This document shows positions 13,060 through 29,900 of a DNA stretch of 64,000 nt, one piece after another. The notes below the pieces were generated by a model. That model did not search any database and was not told the origin of the DNA. It saw only the letters and a program-made list of their open reading frames with translations. A program made the translations under genes and the position numbers. Source of the DNA: the human T2T-CHM13v2.0 reference genome, Homo sapiens. The first letter of the stretch is position 1. Each line of letters opens with the position of its first letter. The stretch lies in NCBI RefSeq assembly GCF_009914755.1, contig NC_060926.1. The stretch is one strand, 5' to 3'.

Positions 13060-14550
13060 ACTCCCAGGGGATGGGAGTGGCTCTGGACATGGGAGTGACA
13101 TGATAGTGACTCTGGACCCTGCAGTGGTGGGACACAGCAGCATCTCAGTCTCTGTAAGGCCAGGCGCAGCATCAGCAAGGACCCCAGAATGGTGGAGCAC
13201 TACTGTGGCTTGGGCCCTTGGGGGCAGGGACCAGTGCAGCAACTACTTCTCTCCCTGGGGAGGCAGGTGCCTGGGCAACTCAGATTCTCTAGGGCTAGTC
13301 CAGTTCCAAGGAAGCAGGGTTCTACAGTTGTTTGTCCTGAAGGGCAAGGTACCCCAGTTCAGCCAATGCTGTTTTCCTGGGATATGGGGGTGCCATGTTG
13401 GCTCATCCCTGGCAGGTGTGGCTGCTCAGCTCAGCCAAGTCACTGATTCCCTGTGAAGCAGGGCAGTGCTTCAGCTCTCGTGCAGTGGGGGATGTGACTG
13501 CTCAGACTGGCCAAGGCACTGACTCCCTGGAAAGCAGGGCACCAAGTCAGCTCAGGCTCCAAGGGGCAGGGCGCAATGGCAGCTGGGAGGGGAGGGGCAC
13601 AGCAGCGTGGCCCCGCAGGTGGGGTGTATGCTGTGATGTGGACATCATTTGTTCCCACCAGCCATTTGAAATTTCATCCATTTGAGATTTGATTCCAAAT
13701 GTGGTGGTGTGGGAGGTGGGGCCTAGTGGGAGTTATTTGGGTCACAGGGCAGATCCTTTATGAATAGATTAATGCCTTTTCATGGGACTGGATTAGTTAC
13801 CAGGAGTGGATTGTTATCAGAGTGAGTTCAGCTTCCTAGACTCTCGTGTTTCCTCTCTTGCCATGTGAGCCCCTTGCATACACCTGTTTCGCCTTCCACT
13901 TTCCCCATGAGATGAAGCAGCATAAGACCCTCGCCAGTTGTGCTGCCCGATCTCGGACTTTTCAGACACAAGCAGGGTGAGCCAAATAAACCTTTTTTAT
14001 AAAATAAGTTACCCCGAGTCTCAAGTATTGTGTTACAGCCACACTAAATGGCCTAAGACAGTGTAACAGCGGCTCGGGGGTGGTGGGCCACTAGGTGGGT
14101 GTGATATAGAGCAACAAAGCCTGAGGATGGAAGAAGGGTGCGGTGGCTGCTCACCCTGGGTGGGACATGCTCCCGAAGTGGTCCAGGTCCAGGAGGGCAC
14201 GTTGCAGCAGCAGCTGGTCCATGGGGGTGGGGCACAATGTCAGTTCCTTCTCTGAGGGGAGTGCTGGGGCTACTGGGCCCCTCTTGCTTCCTTATCCCTG
14301 CAGGGAGACATCCCCTCTGCTTCAGGCTGATCCCTCTGGGGGAATGGGTGGTGGGGGCCAGATGTTTCCTTCCCTCCTTTATGTGACTGTCCTGTTTTCC
14401 GGGCTCTACTGGATTTCTGCTACTCCTTGATGCACTCTGGGGCTCTCCTTTAGTGACTTTCATCAAAATATAGCTGTTTGCTGCTTTGGCTGTCTTTGTC
14501 AGGGGATGAGTGCAAGGGGTTATTGATCAGCCCCTTGCTGGCATCACTCC
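13060..14550 (-). mobile_element. GC-rich segment, probably old L1M 5' region, split by the MST LTR
   Basis: It directly continues the antisense L1 and has G-rich degenerate subrepeats like those of old L1 5' UTRs. The assignment is by resemblance only. Confidence 0.4.
13629..14060 (+). mobile_element. MST (MSTB-like) ERVL-MaLR solo LTR, 432 bp
   Basis: TG...CA termini (tgctgtgatgtgg ... ggcctaagaca), internal aataaacc polyA signal, and a perfect 5-bp TSD GTGTA at 13624-13628 and 14061-14065. Confidence 0.9.
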
Positions 14551-14679
14551 CTCTTAAACTTTTCACTGGATACTCTTTTGAACTATTTTTTCCCCCACCA
14601 TATACATGTATTTTTTAAACGTTAATGTGCTAATTTCTACTGAAGCAATGTGGATTTTTCTGAAAGTTTTAATGTTTTA

Positions 14680-15290
14680 ATAAGCTTTTTATTGAAATGT
14701 TAATGTACATACAGAAGAGTGCCCGAATCATAAGTGTGCATCTAGATGAACTGTAGCACACCAGGCTGCCACGCCCTGGACCAAGCAGTAGCCTTGACCT
14801 GTGGCCTCTCCCAGGCACTGCTGCCCCAACCTACAAAATAGCTACTTTCCCAGTTCCTGATGTAGATTTGTTCTGCCTGGTTTTGACTTCTATAAAATAC
14901 AGCACATTCTATTTAGCCTGGCTTCTTTGGTTCAGTATTACAGAACACATCCATGTTCTTGTCTATGGCAGACATTGATTTATCGTCATTGTTGAGTTCC
15001 ATTATATGACTGTGTCACCATTTTTCCATTGATGAGTAAAATGATTTCCTATTTTTGGCTGTTATCCCACGGCCCTGAACACTAGGTCTGGATATGGGAC
15101 TTGCAGGTATGCAGGGGCACACACACTTCTGCTGGAGGATCCCTGGGTGGGGTGGAGACTCCAGGGCACCTGTGCTCTGCTTCAGTGTGGAGGCTTCTGT
15201 GTTGTGTTCGGGGAGCACAGTGGCTTGGCCTCCGCCACCAGCAGCAGCTTAAAGAGTTCCTGCTGTTCCACATGCTTGCCAACAATTGGC
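14680..15290 (-). mobile_element. Ancient L1ME/MC-type 3' fragment, boundaries approximate
   Basis: ttttattgaaatg...catacagaagagtgcccgaatcataagtgtgca and ttctatttagcctggcttcttt resemble old L1 3' UTRs. Confidence 0.55.
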
Positions 15291-15802
15291 CTCTTCAGTT
15301 CTTTTTTTTTTTTTAGGTTTTCAGTGCCTGCCTGGACTTGTGTTTTCATTTAGATTTTGGTTTCTTAGAACTTTCGTTATTCTCTTCACAGCTTAACAAT
15401 GCATTTGAAAAGATTTGTTTTCATGTGGAGTATTCAGTTTTGTAATAAGAGGGTTGTTCAAGGCATCAGTCTGCCACTCTGCTAGAAACAGAATTCTCCC
15501 AGGCATTTTTTTTATATAAAGTAGTTAATGAAATTTTGAACCATCTTACATGAATTTTTATTAAAATACACTTCAGGATGTGGTGCCCATTATCCATTCT
15601 ACTCTTTTGTAACAAGTAGATTTCTCTGAATTCTTGAATTTGAAAACAATTGGGGTTCCTAAACAGAGAATATGGAATATTATTGGGGATGATGTCTTTA
15701 ATAATACATTTCAAGATAGGAGAAACTTTTTCTATATAGTTGACTTTAATAAAAGCCTAGGGCAAAACTTTCAATATATTAACAGTATTTATGAGGCAGT
15801 TA

Positions 15803-16024
<222 letters not shown>

Positions 16025-16154
16025 TCAATTAAGCATTGAATTTAAGATTACATTGAAAATTCAGTACAGAGTATTTTGCCTTCATCTGTTGTTTGAGTCT
16101 CCCTTCTTTCAGCCATCCTTCCATCAGAAATAGAATACCAAGTTAAACTTCTTA

Positions 16155-16547
<393 letters not shown>

Positions 16548-17210
16548 CTAGATTATTTTTGTTAGTCTGGGAACTAAAAAAAATAGTTGTAACTTTGAAG
16601 CCTTTTTATGGATCAACATGAAGATTGAGGGATCTCAAATAGAAAGGGCATCCTGGTGGCAAAGGATAATGATTACCAGACTGCAAGAGTACTTTCAATG
16701 GCAAGAAAGCAACAACAGAATCAATGAAAACAAAGCAATGATTAGAATGCCCTTTCCCCTTCTCCTCCTGACCTGTAGACGCTGATTGTCTTCCTTGGAC
16801 TTAGGGAACCCTTTAAGTTCTTGAAAAATTCAATGATCAGGCTATAGTAGATAGTCCCCAGTACACAGCACAAGATTTTTTGATAAACTGGACATTTTGA
16901 GACCCAAATAACTAATTAGAAAAATCAAACATGTGAAACTACTTTATCCTATGCATAGGGGTTATACTGGAAATAAAATGTACAACATTGGAATCCCTAA
17001 GGAGAAAAGTCCTAAAAGTTTCAATATCAAGAATCCCGCACCTGCTGCTACTTATCTAGCCTTTTGCTTGATTTCTGGCTGACGAAGTTGCACAACTCTT
17101 GAAAACTAAAAACCTTGAAAATTTGTCACTTGAAAAGTACTTGAACCAAACTATGAAATCTGACCTGCTATATAAGATGCAATTGTTACAATTATTTTAA
17201 ACTTCAATTT

Positions 17211-18580
17211 AGTGTTCTGCTCTATCAAAAGAAAGTTTCAACTCTGTTAGTTGAGTGCACACATCCTAAACAAGTTTCTGAGAATGCTTCTGTCTTCTTT
17301 TTATGGGAAGATATTTCCTTTTTCACCATAGACCTCAATGCGCTCCAAATGTGCACTTCCAGATACTACAAAAAGAGTGTTTCAAACGTGCTCTATGAAA
17401 GGGAATGTTCAACTCTGTGACTTGAATGCAAACATCACAGAGATGTTTCTGAGAATGCTTCTGTCTAGATTTTATATGAAGATATTCCCGTTTCCAACGA
17501 AATCCTCAAAGCTATCCAAATATCCCCTTGCAGATTCTACAAAAAGAGTGCTTCAAAACTGCTCTATCAAAAGAAAGGTTCAACTCTGTTAATTGAGTAC
17601 ACACATCAAAAGCAAGTTTAGGAGAATGCTTCCATCTAGTTTTTATGCGAAGATATTTCCTTTTTCACCATAGGCCGCAAAGCGATCCAAATGTCCACTT
17701 CCAGATAATACAAAAAGAGTGTTTCAAACCTGCTCTATGAAAGGTAATGTTCAGCTCTGTGACTTGATTGCAAACATCCCAAAGATGTTTCTGAGAATGC
17801 TTCTGTCTAGATTTTGTATGAAGATATTCCCGTTTCCAACGAAATCCTCAAAGCTATCCAAATATCCACTTGCAGATTCTACAAAAAGAGTGTTTCAAAA
17901 CTGCTCTATCAAAAGAAAGGGTCAACTCTGTTAGTTGAGTACACACATCACAAACAAGTTTCTGAGAATGCTTCTATCTAGTTTTTATGGGAAGATATTT
18001 CCTTTTTCACCATAGGCCACAAAGCGCTCCAAATGTCCACTTCCAGATACTACAAAAAGAGTGTTTCAAACCTGCTGTATGAAAGCGAATGTTCAACTCT
18101 GTGACTTGAATGCAATCATCACAAAGAAGTTTCTGATAATGCTTCTGTCTAGATTTTATATGAAGATATTCCCGTTTCCAACGAAACCCTCAAAGCTATC
18201 CAAATATCCACTTGCAGATTCTACAAAAAGAGAGTTTCAAAACTGCTCTATCAAAAGAAAGCTTCAACTCTGTTAGTTGAGTACACACATCACAAACTTG
18301 TTTCTGAGAATTCTTCTGTCTAGTTTTTAGGGGAAGTTATTTCCTTTTTCACCATAGGCCTCAAAGCGCTCCAAATGTCCACTTCCAGATACTACAAAAA
18401 GAGTGTTTCAGACCTGCTCTATGAAAGGGAATGTTCAACTCTGTGACTTGAATGCAAACATCACAGAGATGTTTCTGAGAATGCTTCTGTCTAGATTTTA
18501 TAAGAAGATATTCCCGTTTCCAACGAAATCCTCAAAGCTACCCAAATATCCACTTGCAGATTCTACAAAAAGAGTGTCTC
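17211..18580 (-). repeat. Alpha satellite, dimeric A/B layer (left of the L1)
   Basis: 171-bp monomers with a 342-bp period (ORF starts at 17719, 18061, 18403). pJalpha-type A boxes (tttcctttttcaccatagg) alternate with CENP-B boxes. Confidence 0.98.
17486..17502 (-). other. Canonical CENP-B box, first of four intact copies (17486, 17828, 18170, 18512)
   Basis: tcccgtttccaacgaaa is the reverse complement of TTTCGTTGGAAACGGGA. Confidence 0.95.
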
Positions 18581-18600
18581 TAGTTTGATTTCTAGAACTA

Positions 18601-22022
<3,422 letters not shown>

Positions 22023-25000
22023 AAAAAGAGTGTTTCAAAACTGCTCTATCAAAAGAAAGGTTCAACTCTGTTAGTTGAGTACACACATCATAAACAAGTT
22101 TATGAGAATGGTTCTATCTAGTTTTTATGGGAAGATATTTCTTTTTTCACCATAGGCCTCAAAGCGACCCAAATGTCCACTTCCAGATACCACAAAAAGA
22201 GTGTCTCAAACCTGCTCTATGAAAGAGAATGTTCAACTCTGTGACTTGAATGCAAACATCCCAAAGATGTTTCTGAGAATGCTTCTGTCTACATTTTATA
22301 TGAAGATATTCCCGTTTCCAAGGAAATCCTGAAAGCTATCCAAATATCCACTTGCAGATTCTACAAAAAGAGTGCTTCAAAACTGCTCTATCAAAAGAAA
22401 GGTTCAACTCTGTTAGTTGAGTACAGACATCCGAAACATTTTTCTGAGAATGCTTCTGTCTAGTTTTTATGGGAAGATATTTCCTTTTTCACCATAGGCC
22501 TCAAAGCGCTCCAAATGTCCACTTCCAGGTACTACAAAAAGACTGTTTCAAACCTGATCTATGAAAGGGAATATTCAGCTCTGTGACTTGAATGCAAACA
22601 TCACAGAGATGTTTCTGAGAATGATTCTGTCCACTTTTTACATGAAGATATTCCCGTTTCCAACGAAATCCTCAAAGCTATCCAAATATGCACTTGCAGA
22701 TTCTACAAAAACAGTGCTTCAAAACTGCTCCATCAAAAGAAAGGTTCAACTCTGTTAGTTGAGTACACACATCACAAACTAGTTTCTGAGAATGCTTCTG
22801 TCTAGTTTCTATGGGAAGATATTTCCTATTTCAACATAGGCCACAAAGCGCTCGAAATGACCAGTTCCAGATACTACAAAATCAGGGTTTCAAACCTGCT
22901 CTATAAAAGGGAATGTTCAACTCTGTGACTTGAATGCAAAGATCACAGCGATGTTTCTGAGAATGCTTCTCTGTAGATTTTATATGAAGATATTCCTGTT
23001 TCCAGCGAAACCCTCAAAGCTATCCAAATAACCACTTGGAGATTCTACAAAAAGTGTGTCTCAAAGCTACTGTATCAAAAGAAAGTTTCACCTCTGTTAG
23101 TTGAGTTCACACATCAAAAACAAGTTTATGAGAATGCTTCTGTCTAGTTTTTATGCGAAGATATTTCCTTTTTCACCATAGGCCTCAAAGCGATCAAAAT
23201 GTCCACTTCCAGATACTACAAAAAGAGTGTTTCAAACCTGCTCTATGAAAGGAAATGTTCAAGTTTGTGACTCGAATGCTGACATCCGAAAGATGTTTCT
23301 GAGAATGCTTGTGTCTCGATTTCATATTAAGATATTCCCGTTTCCAACGAAATCCTCAAAGCTATCCAAATATCGACATGCAGATTCTACAAAAGAGTGT
23401 TTCAAAACTGCTCCATCAAAAGAAAGCTTCAACTCTATTAGTTGGGCACACACATCACAAACTAGTTTAGGAGAATACTTCTGTCTAGTTTTTATGCGAA
23501 GATATTCCCTTTTTCACCATAGGCCTCAAAGCGATCCAAATGTCCACTTCCAGATTCCGGAAAAAGAGTGTTTCAAACCTGCTGTATGAAAGGGAATGTT
23601 CAACTCTGTGACTTGAATGCTAACACCCCAAAGATGTTTCTGAGAATGCTTCTGTCTAGATTTTATATTAACATATTCCCGTTTCCAATGAAATCTTCAA
23701 ATCTATCCAAATATCCACCTGCATATTCTACAAAAAGAGTGTTTCAAAACTGCTTTATCAAAAGAAAGGTTCAGCTGTGTTAGTTGAGCACACACATCAC
23801 AAAGTAGTTTATGAGAATGCTTCTGTCTAGTTTTTATTTGAAGATATTCCCTTTTTCACCATAGGCCTCATTGCGATCCAAATGTCCACTTCCAGATTCC
23901 ACAAAAAGAGTGTTTCAAACCTGCTCTATGAAAGGGAATGTTCAACTCTGTGACTTGAATGCGAACATCCCAAAGATGTTTCTGAGAATGCTTCTATCTG
24001 GATTTAATATGAAGATATTCCTGTTTCCAACGAAACCCTCAAAGCTATCCAAATATCCCGTTGCAGATTCTACAAAAAGAGTGTTTCAAAACTACTCTAT
24101 CAAAAGAAACGTTCAACTGTTGTAGTTGAGTAAACACATCACAAAGTAGTTTATGAGAATGCTTCTGTGTAGTTTTTATGGGAAGATATTTCCTTTTAAA
24201 CAATAGGCCTCAAAGCGATCCAAATGTCCAGTTCCACATACTATAAAATCAGTGTTTGAAACCTGCTCTATGAAAGAGAATGTTCAACTCTGTGACTAGA
24301 ATGCAAACATCACAGAGATGTTTCTGAGTATGCTTCTGTCTAGATTTTATATGAAGATATTCCCGTTTCCAAAGAAATCCTCAAAGCTATCCAAATATCC
24401 ACTTGCATTTTCTACAAAAAGAGTGTTTCAAAACTGCTCTATCAAAAGAAAGGATCAACGCTGTTAGTTGAGTACACACATCACAAACTAGTTTCTGAGA
24501 ATACTTCTCTCTAGTTTCTATGGGAAGATATTTCCTATTTCCACATAGGCCACAAAGAGCTCCAAATGACCAGTTCCAGATACTACAAAATCAGTGTTTC
24601 AAACCTGCTCTATGAAAGGGAATGTTCAATTCTGTGACATGAATGCAAAGATCACAGAGATGTTTCTGAGAATGCTTCTCTGTAGATTTTATGTGAAGAT
24701 ATTCCCATTTCCAACGAAACCCTCAAAGCTGTCCAAATAACCACTTGCAGATTCTACAAAAAGAGTGTTTCAAAACTGCTGTATCAAAAGAAAGTTTCAC
24801 CTCTGTTAGTTGAGTTCACACATCACAAACAAGTTTATGAGAATGCTTCTGTCTAGTTTTTATGCAAAGATATTTCCTTTTTCACCATAGGCCCCAAAGC
24901 GATCAAAATGTCCACTTCCAGATACTACAAAAAGAGTGTTTCAAACCTGCTCTATGAAAGGCAATATTCAACTCTGTGACTCGAATGCTAACATCTGAAA

Positions 25001-28000
25001 GATGTTTCTGAGAATGCTTGTGTCTCGATTTCATATGAAGATATTTCCGTTTCCAACGAAATCCTCAAAGCTATCCAAATATCCACCTGCATATTCTACA
25101 AAAAGAGTGTTTCAAAACTGCTCTATCAAAAGAAAGGTTCAGCTCTGTTAGTTGAGCACACACATCACAAACTAGTTTATGAGAATGCTTCTGTCTAGTT
25201 TTTATGCGAAGATATTCCCTTTGTCACCATAGGCCTCAAAGCGATCCAAATGTCCACTTCCAGATTCCACAAAAAGAGTGTTTCAAACCTGCTCTGTGAA
25301 AGGGAATGTTCAACTCTGTGACTTGAATGCAAACATCCCAAAGATGTTTCTGAGAATGCTTCTGTCTAGATTTTATATGAAGATATTCCCGTTTCCAGCG
25401 AAATCCTCAAAGCTGTCCAAATATCCACATGCAAATTCTACAAAAAGAGTGTTTCAAAACTGCTCTATCAAAAGAAAGGTTCAACCCTGTTAGTTGAGTA
25501 CACACATCACAAACTGGTTTTTGAGAATGCTTCTGCCTAGTTTTTATGGGAAGATATTTCCTTTTTCACAATAGGCCACAAAGCGCTCCGAATATCCAGT
25601 TCCACATACTACAAAATCATTGTTTCAAACCTGCTCTATGAAAGGGAATGTTCAACTCTGTGACTTGAATGCAATCCTCACAGAGATGTTTCTGAGAATG
25701 CTTCTGTCTAGATTTTATATGAACATATTCCCTATTCCAACGAAATCCTCAAAGCTATCCAAATATCCACTTGCAGATTCTACAAAAAGAGTGTTTCAAA
25801 ACTGCTGTATCAAAAGAAAAGTTCACCCTTTTTAGTTGAGTACAAACATCACAAACTGGTTTCTCAGAATGCTTCTGCCTAGTTTTTATGGGAAGACATT
25901 TCCTTTTTCACAATAGTCCACAAAGCGCTCCAAATGTCCAGTTCCACATACTACAAAATCATTGTTTCAAACTTGCTCTGTGAACGGGAATGCTCAACTG
26001 TGTGACTTCAATGCAATCCTCACAGAGATGTTTCTGAGAATGCTTCTGTCCAGATTTTATATGAAGATATTCCCGTTTCCAATGAAATCCTCAAAGCTAT
26101 CCAAATATCCCCTTGCATATTCTACAAAAAGAGTGTTTCAAAACTGCTCTATCAAAAGACAGGTGCAACTCTGTTAGCTGAGTACACACATTCCAAACAA
26201 GTTTAGGAGAATGCTTCCATCTAGTTTTTATGCGAAGATATTTCCTTTTTCACCATAGGCCTCAAAGCGATCTAAATGTCCATTTCCAGATACTACAAAA
26301 AGAGTGTCTCAAACCTGCTCTATGAAAGGGAATGTCCAACTCTCTGACTTGAATGCAAACATCCCAAAGATGTTTCTGCGAATACTTCTGTCTAGATTTT
26401 ATATGAAGATATTACCGTTTACAACGAAATACTCAAAGCTATCCAAATATCCACTTTCAGATTTTACAAAAAGAGTGTTTCAAAACTGCTCTATCAAAAG
26501 AAAGGTTCAACTGTGTTAGTTGAGTAAACACATCACAAAGTAGTTTCTGAGAATGCTTCTGTGTAGTTTTTATGGGAAGATATTTCCTTTTTCACGATAG
26601 TCCTCAAAGCGATCCAAATGTCCAGTTCCACATACTATAAAATCAGCGTTTCAAACCTGCTCTATGAAAGAGAATGTTCAACACTGTGACTAGAATGAAA
26701 ACATGACAGAGATGTTTCTGAGTATGCTTCTGTCTAGATTTTACATGAAGATATTCCCGTTTCCAAGGAAATCCTCAAAGCTATCCAAATATCCACTTGC
26801 AGTTTCTACAAAAAGAGTGTTTCAAAACTACTCTATCAAAAGAAAGGTTCAACTCTGTTAGTTGAGTACACACATCACAAACTAGTTTCTGAGAATGCTT
26901 CTGTCTAGTATCTATGGGAAGATATTTCCTATTTCAACATAGTCCACAAAGCACTCCAAATGACCAGTTCCAGATACTACAAAATCAGTGTTTCAAACCT
27001 GTTCTATGAAAGGGAATGTTCAACTCTGTGACTTGAATGCAGAGATCACAGAGATATTTCTGAGAATGCTTCTCTGTAGATTTTATATGAAGATATTCAC
27101 GTTTCCAACGAAATCCTCAAAGCTATCCAAATATCCACTTGCAGATTCTACAAAAAGAGTGTTTCAAAACTGCTCTATCAAAAGAATGGTTCAACTCTGT
27201 TACTTGAGTACACACATCACAAACTGGTTTCTGAGAATGCTTCTGTCTAGTTTTTATGCGAAGATATTTCCTTTTTCACCATAGGCCTCAAAGCGATCAA
27301 AACGTCCACTTCCAGATACTACAAAAAGACTGTTTCAAACCTGCTCTATGAAACGGAATGTTCAACTCTGTGACTCGAATGCTAACATCCCAAAGATGTT
27401 TATGAGATTGCTTGTGTGTTGATTGCATATGAAGATATTCCCGTTTCCAACGAAATCCTCAAAGCTATCCAAATATCCACATGCAGATTCTACAAAAAGA
27501 GTGCTTCAAAACTGCTCTATCAAAAGAAAGGTTCAGCTCTGTTAGTTGAGCACACACATCACAAACTGGTTTATGAGAATGCTTCTGTCTAATTTTTATG
27601 CGAAGATATTCCCTTTTTTACCATAGGCCTCAAAGCAATCCAAATGTCCACTTCCAGATTCCACAAAAAGAGTGTTTCAAACCTGCTCTATGAAAGGGAA
27701 TGTTCAACTCTGTGACTTGAAAGCAAACATCCCAAAGATGTTTCTGACAATGCTTCTGTCTAGAATTTATATGAAGATATTCTCGTTTCCAATGAAATCC
27801 TCAAAGCTATCCAAATATCCACCTGCATATTCTACAAAAAGCGTGTTTCAAAACTGGTCTATCAAAGGAAACTTTGAACTCGGTGAGTTGAGTACACACA
27901 TCACAAAGTAGTTTCTCAGAATGCTTCTGTCTAGTTTTTATGGGAAGATACTTACTTTTCCACCAGAGGCCATAAAGCGCTCCAAATGTCCAGTTCCAGA

Positions 28001-29900
28001 TACTACAAAATCAGTGTTTCAGATCTCCTCTATGAAAGGGAATGTTCATCTCTGTGACTTGAATGCAAACATCACAAAGAAGTTTCTGATAATGCTTCTG
28101 TGTAGATTTTATAAGAAGATATTCCCGTTTCCAACGAAACCCTAAAAGCTAACCAGATATCCACTTGCAGATTCTACAAAAAGAGTGTTTCAAAACTGCT
28201 CTATCAAAAGAAAGGTTCAACTATGTTAGTTGAGTACACATACCACAAACTAGTTTCTGAGAATACTTCTGTCTACTTTTTATGGGAAGATATTGCCTTT
28301 TTCACCATAGGCCACAAAGCGCTCCAAATGTGCACTTCCAGATACTACAAAAAGAGTGTTTCAAACCTGCTCTGTGAAAGGGAATGTTCAACTCTGTGAC
28401 TTGAATGCAAACATCACAGAGATGTTTCTGAGAATGCTTCTGTCTAGATTTTATATGAAGATATTCCCGTTTCCAACGAAATCCTCAAAGCTATCCAAAT
28501 ATCCACTTGCAGATTCTACAAAAAGAGTGTTTCAAAACTGCTCTATCAAAAGAATGGTTCAACTCTGTTACTTGAGTACACACATCACAAACTGGTCTCT
28601 GAGAATGCTTCTGTCTGGTTTTTATGGGAAGATATTTCCTTTTTCACCATAGGCCACAAAGCGCTCCAAATGTCCACTTCCAGATACTACAAAAAGAGTG
28701 TTTCAAACCTGCTCTATGAAAGGGAATGTTCAACTCTGTGACCTGAATGCAAACATCACAAAGAAATTTCTGAGAATGCTTCTGTCTACTTTTTATATGA
28801 AGATATTCCCGTTTCCAATGAAATCCTCAAAGCTATGCAAATTTCCATTTGCAGAATCTACAAAAAGAGTGTGTCAAAACTACTCTGTCAAAAGAAAGTT
28901 TCAACTCTGTTAGTTGAGTACACGCATCCTCAACAGGCTTCTGAGAATACTTCTGTCTAGTTTTTATGGGAAGATATTTCCTTTTTCACCATAGGCCTCA
29001 GTGCGCTCCAAATGTGCCCTTCGAGATGCTAAAAAGGAGTGTTTCAACCCTGGTCTATGAAAGGGAATGTTCAATTCTGTGACTTGAGTGCAAACATCAC
29101 AGAGATGTTTCTGAGAATGCTGCTGTCTAGATTTTATATGAAGATATTCCCGTTTCCAACGAAATCCTCAAAGCTATCCAAATATCCACTTGCAGATTCT
29201 ACAAAAAGAGTGTTTTGAAACTGCTCTATCAAAAGAAAGGTTCAACTCTGTTAGTTGAGTACACACATCACAAACTAGTTCTGAGAATGCTTCTGTCGAG
29301 TTTTTATGGGAAGATGTTTCCTGTTTCACCGTAGGCCACAAAGTGCTCCAAATGTCCAGTTCCACATACTACAAAATCAGTGTTTGAAACCTGCTCTATG
29401 AAAGTGAATGTTCAACTCTGTGTCTTGAATGCAAACATCCCAAAGAAGTTTCTGATAATGCTTCTGTCTAGATTTTATATGAAGATATTCCCGTTTCCAG
29501 CGAAATCCACCAAGCTATCCAAATATCCACTTGTAGATTCTACAAAAAGAGTGTTTCAAAACTGCTCTCTCAAAACAAACGTTCAACTCTGTTAATTGAG
29601 TACACACATCCTAAACAAGTTTCTGAGAAAGCTTCTATCTAGTTTTTATGGTAATATATTTCCTTTTTCACCATAGGCCTCAAAGCGCTCCAAATGTGCA
29701 CTTCGAGATACTACAAATAGAGTGTTTCACACCTGCTCTGTGAAAGGGAATTTTCACCTCTGTGACTTGAATGCAAACATCCCAAAGATTTTTCTGAGAA
29801 TGCTTCTGTCTAGATTTTATATGAAGATATTCTCGTTTCCTACGAAATCCTCAAAGCTATCGAAATATCCACTTGCAGTTTCTACAAAAAGAGTGTTTCA
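22023..29900 (-). repeat. Alpha satellite, dimeric A/B layer (right of the L1), divergent-HOR-like
   Basis: The 342-bp period continues (ORF starts 25278, 25620, 25962, 26304; 28356, 28698). Diagnostic gtgacttgaatg and gttagttgagta monomers alternate. Confidence 0.97.

Noticed and set aside
13007-14466. GC-rich ORFs suggesting a gene or CpG-island promoter
   Set aside because: The region is CpG-poor, lies within old repeat-derived DNA split by an MST LTR, and shows no recognisable protein similarity.
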